From the NCBI GenBank assembly GCA_016721735.1, contig JADKHM010000019.1:420034-484033 (forward strand): a stretch of DNA of 64,000 nt, written 5' to 3'. Numbering within the stretch: position 1 is the stretch's first letter; each line of letters opens with the position of its first letter. The notes beneath the pieces were generated by a model. The model was not told where the DNA came from. It searched no databases and saw only the letters and a list, made by a program, of their open reading frames with translations. Below, one piece after another: positions 1 through 6,510 of this stretch. Made by a program: the position numbers and the translations under genes. This stretch comes from Flavobacterium sp. GTDB taxonomy: Bacteria > Bacteroidota > Bacteroidia > Flavobacteriales > Flavobacteriaceae.

Positions 1-691
1 ATCGATAATCACCATAAGATTTTACACATATAATTAATGGTTTATCTTCTTTTGATGCTCCTGATTGAAACTCAAGTACTTTTACTGGTTCATCCGATAC
101 TGCTTCTTGTATGTCCTGAGATTCAGCATTTGCTAGAGAATCCTCGTTCATTGCAGACGATTCTTGTACTTGATTGTATTCCGAAGAAGCTGCTTGACTC
201 TCGTCGATTACAGCTATTTCTTCAGCTTTCGGCGTACGATTCAAACTAGGAATAATAGGCTGTTTTTGAATCGAAAACTCAGCACTTTCTTCCTTAACTT
301 CATCTGGCGATTTGCACTGTGATTTCTCATGCAATAAAATCATCTTTCTTACATCGTTACTATTGATGGGCTTAGAAAGATAATCAAAAGCACCGTGTTT
401 TATCGCCTCGTATGCTAATTCCTTATCGCTTGAGGTAACAATAATTTTCGGAATAACATTTAGATATCGGTATAACTCATTGATAAGTCTCAATGACAAG
501 TTGCTTTCTTTATTTATTGGAGTAATTTCAAGAAAGACCAACGATGGTTGGTGTTCTAATATTAAATTCAATCCCTCTTCATAGGTGCTAGCAGACGCAA
601 CGAAATGTAGGTTCTGAAAACGAGCCGCAATCGACAACGTTTTTAGAATACTTTCCGTTTCATCGTCAATAATGATGAAAGAATGTCTCAT
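1..691 (-). CDS. Response regulator: CheY-like receiver plus a long acidic Ser/Gln/Glu-rich linker. The output domain (possibly LytTR) runs off the window start.
   Basis: Minus-strand frame is open from ATG (691-689) to the window edge; it is absent from the ORF track because no stop lies in the window. My translation is MRHSFIIIDDETESILK...SLVFLEITPINKES...KIIVTSS...FDYLSKPI, which follows the receiver layout (DD pocket, T/S, K-P). The last visible residues, PLIICVKSYGDYR, could begin a LytTR domain. Confidence 0.8.
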   Translation of the reverse strand, partial: MRHSFIIIDDETESILKTLSIAARFQNLHFVASASTYEEGLNLILEHQPSLVFLEITPINKESNLSLRLINELYRYLNVIPKIIVTSSDKELAYEAIKHGAFDYLSKPINSNDVRKMILLHEKSQCKSPDEVKEESAEFSIQKQPIIPSLNRTPKAEEIAVIDESQAASSEYNQVQESSAMNEDSLANAESQDIQEAVSDEPVKVLEFQSGASKEDKPLIICVKSYGDYR

Positions 692-833
692 GTAAGCTTA
701 TACTAAATTGGGTTTAGCAAGCATACGTAGGTTTAATCTGAAAATCTTGAGCAGGTTGGGGAAGTTTCGTTTAAAAGAAATTCTAATGCACAAAACCGTT
801 GCTAATTTACTGTTTTTGGTCAATTCAAAAACG

Positions 834-876
834 ATTTGTTAATAGATTTTCTCAGATTGTTAACATTATTTGTTGA
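834..876. promoter_or_regulatory. Three direct repeats, ATTTGTTAA (834-842), GATTGTTAA (855-863) and ATTTGTTGA (868-876). The first two are phased 21 bp apart, so this is a candidate LytTR-type operator.
   Basis: Read directly in the divergent spacer between the response regulator gene and the 1003 ORF. The functional assignment is inference only. Confidence 0.25.
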
Positions 877-976
877 ATGGTAAAAAATTGCCGTTGAACT
901 GCACTCACGCTGGATTATTCCGTTAAATTAATTTTGCTAAAATAGATTTTTATATATTTATTTACACCAAAATGTG

Positions 977-984
977 TAATTTTG
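977..984 (+). promoter_or_regulatory. Bacteroidetes sigma-A -7 box TAATTTTG (consensus TAnnTTTG)
   Basis: Exact match to TAnnTTTG, 19 nt upstream of ATG 1003. The track's TTG start at 982 lies inside this box, which favours ATG 1003. Confidence 0.4.
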
Positions 985-1002
985 CCTTCTAAAACTACGA
1001 TC

Positions 1003-1503
1003 ATGCTTGATATTGATTTTAAAAACAAAGAATCGTTGTTGCAAACCTTTTCCACAGAGCAAAAATGCATCGCGCATCTAGAAGCCTTGCGTTGGAACGG
1101 AAGAGTCATAAGTCCATTTGACAATACTTCAGTAGTCTATTCTTGCACAACCAACACTTACAAATGTAAAAATTCAGGAAAGTACTTTAATGTAAAAACT
1201 GGAACGCTGTTGCATAATACTAAGGTCGATTTACAAAAGTGGTTTGTCGCCATTTGGATTGTTTCACTTCAAAATAAGAGAATTAATTCTGTTGCCTTGA
1301 GCAAAGAATTAGGAATTACACAAAAAACAGCGTGGTATATGATCAAAAGAATTCAGTTGTACTTGAATCGTAAAGACGATACCTTTGAAAAGAAAAATTA
1401 CGCAACATCAGTAAGTAACATTGTGTCCAAAATCAATATTTCAGAATTAGAAGAAAAAGAAAAATTACCTCTTCTCCAGTGGCTTCAATTACTTAAAAAA
1501 TAA
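1003..1503 (+). CDS. IS1595-family transposase N-terminal (zinc-ribbon-like/HTH) domain protein with no DDE catalytic domain
   Basis: FSTEQKCIAHLEALRWNG....YKCKNSGKYFNVKTGTLLHNTKVDLQKWFVAIW...ALSKELGITQKTAWYMIKRI resembles the N-terminus of ISXO2/IS1595-type transposases. The ORF ends after about 167 aa with an unrelated tail, and I saw no terminal inverted repeats. Confidence 0.55.
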   Translation: MLDIDFKNKESLLQTFSTEQKCIAHLEALRWNGRVISPFDNTSVVYSCTTNTYKCKNSGKYFNVKTGTLLHNTKVDLQKWFVAIWIVSLQNKRINSVALSKELGITQKTAWYMIKRIQLYLNRKDDTFEKKNYATSVSNIVSKINISELEEKEKLPLLQWLQLLKK

Positions 1504-1540
1504 ATATCTTTCTAATCAAGATTTTAAAAATAGTGTAAAA

Positions 1541-1563
1541 AAACCCGCAAAAAGCGGGCTTAT
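1541..1563. terminator. Short GC hairpin (CCCGC/GCGGG) flanked by an A-run and a T-rich run. Bidirectional terminator between the 1003 ORF and glyQS.
   Basis: The sequence is aaaaaaacccgcaaaaagcgggcttatt. On the minus strand the hairpin is followed by TTTTTTT. Confidence 0.6.
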
Positions 1564-1581
1564 TATTATCTATTGACGAGT

Positions 1582-3126
1582 CTAATTGGCTTTCATAAGC
1601 CAATTCTTGATTGACACTTCGTTTTCTATAATTGACTTTAAATCTGAAATCACCACACGATCCTGTTTCATAGAATCTCTGTGTCTAATTGTAACGGTAT
1701 TATCTTCCAATGTTTGGTGATCTACTGTTATACAAAATGGCGTTCCTAAGGCATCTTGTCGTCGGTAACGTCTACCAACAGCGTCCTTTTCGTCGTAGGC
1801 CACGTTAAAATCCCATTTCAAATCTTCAATAATCCTTTTAGCTACTTCAGGCAACCCATCTTTCTTAACAAGAGGCAAGACTGCCGCCTTCGTTGGCGAT
1901 AATACAGCAGGTAATTGCAAAACCGTTCTGGTTGAACCATCTTCTAACGTCTCTTCTTTCAATGAATTCGAAAAGACTGCTAAAAACATTCGATCTAATC
2001 CTACTGAAGTTTCAACTACGTAAGGCGTGTAATTAGCATTTGTTTCCGCATCAAAATACTGCATCTTCTTACCAGAATATTGCTCGTGTGCCTTCAAATC
2101 AAAATCAGTTCTAGAATGAATTCCTTCTAATTCCTTAAATCCAAATGGGAAATTAAACTCGATATCAGCCGCAGCATTCGCGTAATGAGCTAATTTCTCA
2201 TGATCATGGAAACGATAGTTTTCTTTCCCTAAACCGAGCGATAAATGCCAATTTAGACGGGTTTCCTTCCAGTATTCATACCACTTCATTTCCTCACCAG
2301 GTTTTACGAAAAACTGCATTTCCATTTGCTCAAATTCACGCATTCTGAAAATAAATTGTCGAGCAACAATTTCATTTCTAAATGCTTTTCCTGTTTGTGC
2401 AATACCAAATGGGATTTTCATTCGACCTGATTTTTGCACATTAAGAAAATTTACAAAAATTCCTTGAGCGGTTTCTGGGCGCAAGTACAAATCCATTGCA
2501 TTCTCTGCTGAAGCGCCCAATTTAGTACCAAACATCAAATTAAACTGCTTCACATCTGTCCAATTTCTCGAGCCAGTTTCTGGGTCAGCAATCTCCAATT
2601 CTTCAATTAAAGCCTTTACGTCTTCCAGATTCTCATCTCCTAGAGATTTGGCCATTCGCTCCAAAATTTCTTTTTTTCGAGCAAGATACTCAACTACCCG
2701 CGGATTTGTTGATACAAATTCATCTCTATTAAAAGCATCTCCAAAACGAATACTTGCTTTTTCAATTTCTTTTTCAGCTTTTTGATTTAACTTCTCTGCA
2801 TAATCTTCAATTAGAACATCAGCTCTATATCTTTTCTTAGAGTCCTTATTGTCAATCAATGGGTCATTGAAAGCATCTACATGTCCAGAAGCTTTCCAAG
2901 TGGTTGGATGCATCAAAATCGCGGCATCTAAACCAACAATGTTTTCATGCATCTGAACCATTGCTTTCCACCAATATTCTCTGATATTTTTCTTTAATTC
3001 AACACCATTTTGAGCATAGTCATACACTGCGCTCAAACCATCGTATATTTCACTTGAAGGAAATATGAATCCATATTCTTTCGCGTGTGAAACTACGTTC
3101 TTAAATAAATCTTCTTGTTTTGCCAT
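1582..3126 (-). CDS. glyQS: Glycine--tRNA ligase (homodimeric class II type)
   Basis: 514 aa. The N-terminus FKNVVSHAKEYGFIFPSSEIYDGLSAVYDYAQNGVELKKNI and the overall layout are typical of GlyQS. Confidence 0.95.
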   Translation of the reverse strand: MAKQEDLFKNVVSHAKEYGFIFPSSEIYDGLSAVYDYAQNGVELKKNIREYWWKAMVQMHENIVGLDAAILMHPTTWKASGHVDAFNDPLIDNKDSKKRYRADVLIEDYAEKLNQKAEKEIEKASIRFGDAFNRDEFVSTNPRVVEYLARKKEILERMAKSLGDENLEDVKALIEELEIADPETGSRNWTDVKQFNLMFGTKLGASAENAMDLYLRPETAQGIFVNFLNVQKSGRMKIPFGIAQTGKAFRNEIVARQFIFRMREFEQMEMQFFVKPGEEMKWYEYWKETRLNWHLSLGLGKENYRFHDHEKLAHYANAAADIEFNFPFGFKELEGIHSRTDFDLKAHEQYSGKKMQYFDAETNANYTPYVVETSVGLDRMFLAVFSNSLKEETLEDGSTRTVLQLPAVLSPTKAAVLPLVKKDGLPEVAKRIIEDLKWDFNVAYDEKDAVGRRYRRQDALGTPFCITVDHQTLEDNTVTIRHRDSMKQDRVVISDLKSIIENEVSIKNWLMKAN

Positions 3127-3221
3127 AGTGCTGCAAAAATATAAAAAGTGAAATTAAAATGTAACATAAAACACAATGGAATAAAAGATTTTTATATTTT
3201 TATACAATAAACGCCATTCAG

Positions 3222-3904
3222 ATGTTCAAAAATGTACTAAACCTCTTCTATCCAAAGGTTTGCTTAGGCTGTAAAACTTTACTACTAACAAACGAAAACG
3301 TGATTTGCACCCAATGCCGGCATGAAATTCCTTTAACGCTGCATCACTTTAATCCAGAAAACGAAGCATTCAAAAAATTCTACGGGAAAATTCCTGTCGA
3401 ATTTGCTATGGCCTTTGTCTATTTTCATAAAAAGGAATTGTACAAGAGCTAATTCACAATCTAAAATACAAAGGACACGAAGAAATTGGCGAACTTGTAG
3501 GTGAATGGTGCGCGTCGGAAATAGCAGGGTTGGATTTCCTAAGGAACATTACTGAAATTATACCAGTTCCTTTACATACTAGAAAACTGAAGGAACGAGG
3601 CTATAATCAAGTAACTTCTTTTGGAAAATCACTGGCCACGACTCTAAATCTAAAATATAATGAGCAAATACTAGTTCGAACAATATACTCCAAGACACAA
3701 ACTAAGAAAAACCTGCTAAATCGAATTGACGTTAATAATGCGTCCATTTTTACGGCAAAATTTACCTCAAATGACCATGATAAACACTTTCTTTTGATTG
3801 ATGATGTACTGACAACTGGATCGACGCTAGAGGCGTGTGGAAAAGAACTCCTAAAGATTCCAGGCGCCAAGCTAAGTGTACTGTGTATGGCTATGTCACA
3901 TTAG
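3222..3904 (+). pseudogene. ComF-family (phosphoribosyltransferase-fold) protein gene interrupted by a 1-nt frameshift at the A5 run 3429-3433
   Basis: Frame 1 gives the Cys-rich N-terminus (CLGC...CTQC) and stops at 3450-3452. The -1 frame continues seamlessly as KGIVQELIHNLKYKGHEEIG...LLIDDVLTTGSTLEAC (PRTase motif) to 3904. Confidence 0.8.
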
Positions 3905-4079
3905 ATGCTTATGTGTAATTATCTACTAAAAACTACAGGAGCGTTCGCTATTTCCGACTTTCATAAAAAAACATCAAACAAAAAGCATCATTTATCAAAA
4001 CGATCTGTTGATTTATTATGCTATTTATTTCAATTCCATAAAATATAATTGTTATTTTGTCTTCTAAAAAATAATAAAG

Positions 4080-5693
4080 TTGAAAAAAGCACAAATCATC
4101 ATTTATTCCCTACTTATTATGTCTTTCGTTGGCTGCGCCAAAAGAGGTTCAATCTCTGGCGGATTAAAGGATACTATTCCACCAGTTCTTACAATGAGTT
4201 TTCCCAAAAATTTTAGCACGGAATTCTCTAGTAAATCTATAAAACTAACTTTCGACGAATTTGTAAAACTAAAAAATGTTAACAAGCAACTCATAATTTC
4301 TCCGCCATTATCAAAAACCCCTCAGATATTACCAACAACGGCCAGTAAATCTATCACTATCAATTTCCTAGATTCACTTCGAACCAATACGACATATAGC
4401 CTCAATTTTGGAAAATCTATAGAAGACAATAACGAAGGGAATCCATATCCACAATTCAAATATGTGTTTTCGACTGGTAAGTACATCGACTCTCTTTCTA
4501 TTAAAGGAACGGTAAAAGATGCGCTAGATAAAAAGCCTAGTTCCATTACGACCGTTATGCTATACGAAATGACTGAGACACGCAAAGACTCAGCAGTATA
4601 CAACCAAAACCCATCCTATATTGCGTTTTCTCTAGAACAAGACGCTTCTTTCAAAATAGACAATATCAAAGCCGGAAAATATTTTCTGGTCGCTGTAGAC
4701 GACAAATCATCTAACTATCGTTTCGAGCCAAAAACGGAAAAAATTGGATTTCGAAAGACTGCTATTACCATTCCTAATGATTCCTTATTTGAAATTAAAT
4801 TATTCAAAGAAGTTCCAAAATTAAAAACGTTCAAACCGTCACAATCGTCTGGTTGCTCAGCAGTAATTGGATTTGAAGGCGATGCTAAAGATGCTAAATT
4901 GACTTTAAAACGAGGGGAAGAAATGCTTTCATCAATAATTACGAAAGTTCCAAAGAAAGACTCCCTGCAAATTTGGTTTAAACCGTTCAAACTTGAAAAA
5001 TCTGCCGTCGATTCACTGCAGCTTTCAATTGTAAAAGACAGTTATACTAAAGATTTTACATTCAAAATTAAAGCTCAAAAACAAGATAGTTTAACTATTT
5101 CTGCTATTTCTAGTAAAATACTACCCCTCAATGAGAAATTTCTTTTACGAACGAATTTGCCGATTTCAAGAATAGATGAATCCAAAATAAGTTTAATTAA
5201 AAAAGATTCAACATCAGTTCCTTTCAAAGTAGAATATGATGAGTTAAATCTCACTCTCAAAGTAAATTTTCAAAAAGACCCTTTAGAGAAGTACAGTCTT
5301 AAATTTTTGCCGGAATCCGTTGTGGATTTTACAGGGCAATCAACAAAAAAATTACTAAAATTTGATTTAGAAACCAAGAATATATCTGACTACGGGAATT
5401 TGCGCTTGAATTTGGAAAATGTGAAGCAGTTCCCGGTTATTATTGAATTGACTGACAAGAATGGAGAAGTCAAGTATTTCGACTACTCCGAAAGCAGTAC
5501 ACAAATTGACTTTAATCTAATAGAACCAGCGCTATACGCTTTGCGTCTAATTTATGATGAAAACAAAAATAAAATCTGGGATTCAGGAAATTACTTGGAC
5601 AAAAAACAACCTGAAAACGTCATTTATTTTCCAAAAGACATCGATGTTAGAGCAAACTGGGACGTGCAACAAACCTTTATTCTGAAAGAGTAA
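4080..5693 (+). CDS. Lipoprotein, probably Ig-like-domain containing; function unknown
   Basis: TTG start. Signal peptide with lipobox MKKAQIIIYSLLIMSFVGC. 537 aa, beta-rich composition. Confidence 0.6.
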   Translation: MKKAQIIIYSLLIMSFVGCAKRGSISGGLKDTIPPVLTMSFPKNFSTEFSSKSIKLTFDEFVKLKNVNKQLIISPPLSKTPQILPTTASKSITINFLDSLRTNTTYSLNFGKSIEDNNEGNPYPQFKYVFSTGKYIDSLSIKGTVKDALDKKPSSITTVMLYEMTETRKDSAVYNQNPSYIAFSLEQDASFKIDNIKAGKYFLVAVDDKSSNYRFEPKTEKIGFRKTAITIPNDSLFEIKLFKEVPKLKTFKPSQSSGCSAVIGFEGDAKDAKLTLKRGEEMLSSIITKVPKKDSLQIWFKPFKLEKSAVDSLQLSIVKDSYTKDFTFKIKAQKQDSLTISAISSKILPLNEKFLLRTNLPISRIDESKISLIKKDSTSVPFKVEYDELNLTLKVNFQKDPLEKYSLKFLPESVVDFTGQSTKKLLKFDLETKNISDYGNLRLNLENVKQFPVIIELTDKNGEVKYFDYSESSTQIDFNLIEPALYALRLIYDENKNKIWDSGNYLDKKQPENVIYFPKDIDVRANWDVQQTFILKE

Positions 5694-6444
5694 AACTGTC
5701 TCTATCTGATAGAAAATCAAGCTTTTCTCGCGCTTGGAGCATTTCGTTTTTATCTAAAGTAATAATAAATATACCTTCTTCTTCCTGCGGCTCTAGTAGA
5801 TAATTACCCAAATAATCGACTGCTTGCGAATGTCCATTATACGTTAGTTGATTCTGATCTGTCCCTACTCTATTTACCCCAATAGTAAAGCATTGATTCT
5901 CGACCGACCTTGCCCTAAGTAGAATATCCCACGCATTGATTCTAATTTCTGGCCAATTAGCAACATAAAGAAGCAAATCGTACTCTTCAGCATTTCTTGA
6001 AAATACAGGGAAACGCAAATCGTAACATATTAGAGGACAGATTTTAAAACCACGAAAATAGACAATGGTTTTGGACTTACCGGCCTTATATTTTCGGTCT
6101 TCACCCGCCAATGTAAACAAATGCCTTTTGTTATAGGTGTTGACTTCACCGGAAGGAAAAACAAAAAGACACCTGTTGAAGTAATTTTCATTTTCTGTAA
6201 TTACAACACTTCCAACGATGGCACAATTTCTCTTTTTCGCAATAGATTTAAGCCAAAAAACTGTTTCTCCATCCATTGATTCAGCTACAGAAATTGGATT
6301 CATGGTAAAGCCTGAAGTAAACATTTCGGGGAGAATTATCAAATCGACTTCTTCTTCTATTTCATTAATTTTCTTTAAAAAAGTAGCTCTATTTGTTTCT
6401 GGCTCTTCCCACGATAGATTTGATTGAACAATGGCGATCTTCAT
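5677..6444 (-). CDS. Carbon-nitrogen hydrolase (nitrilase superfamily, omega-amidase YafV-like)
   Basis: Glu/Lys/Cys triad context is present: LPEMF, YNKRHLF, PLICYDLRFP. 255 aa. Confidence 0.85.
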   Translation of the reverse strand: MKIAIVQSNLSWEEPETNRATFLKKINEIEEEVDLIILPEMFTSGFTMNPISVAESMDGETVFWLKSIAKKRNCAIVGSVVITENENYFNRCLFVFPSGEVNTYNKRHLFTLAGEDRKYKAGKSKTIVYFRGFKICPLICYDLRFPVFSRNAEEYDLLLYVANWPEIRINAWDILLRARSVENQCFTIGVNRVGTDQNQLTYNGHSQAVDYLGNYLLEPQEEEGIFIITLDKNEMLQAREKLDFLSDRDSFTLSE

Positions 6445-6510
6445 TTGCGTTTGATTGAAGTATACTAAATAAGTTAAACAAAAATGTCCCGCGACCTCTT
6501 GTAGTTTAGG

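Noticed and set aside
37-249. 70-aa plus-strand ORF at the window start
   Set aside because: It lies antisense within the response regulator coding frame, and its Leu-rich translation is typical of a shadow ORF.
982-1503. Intact insertion sequence
   Set aside because: Only the N-terminal DNA-binding portion of an IS1595-type transposase is present. I found no DDE domain ORF, inverted repeats or target-site duplication.
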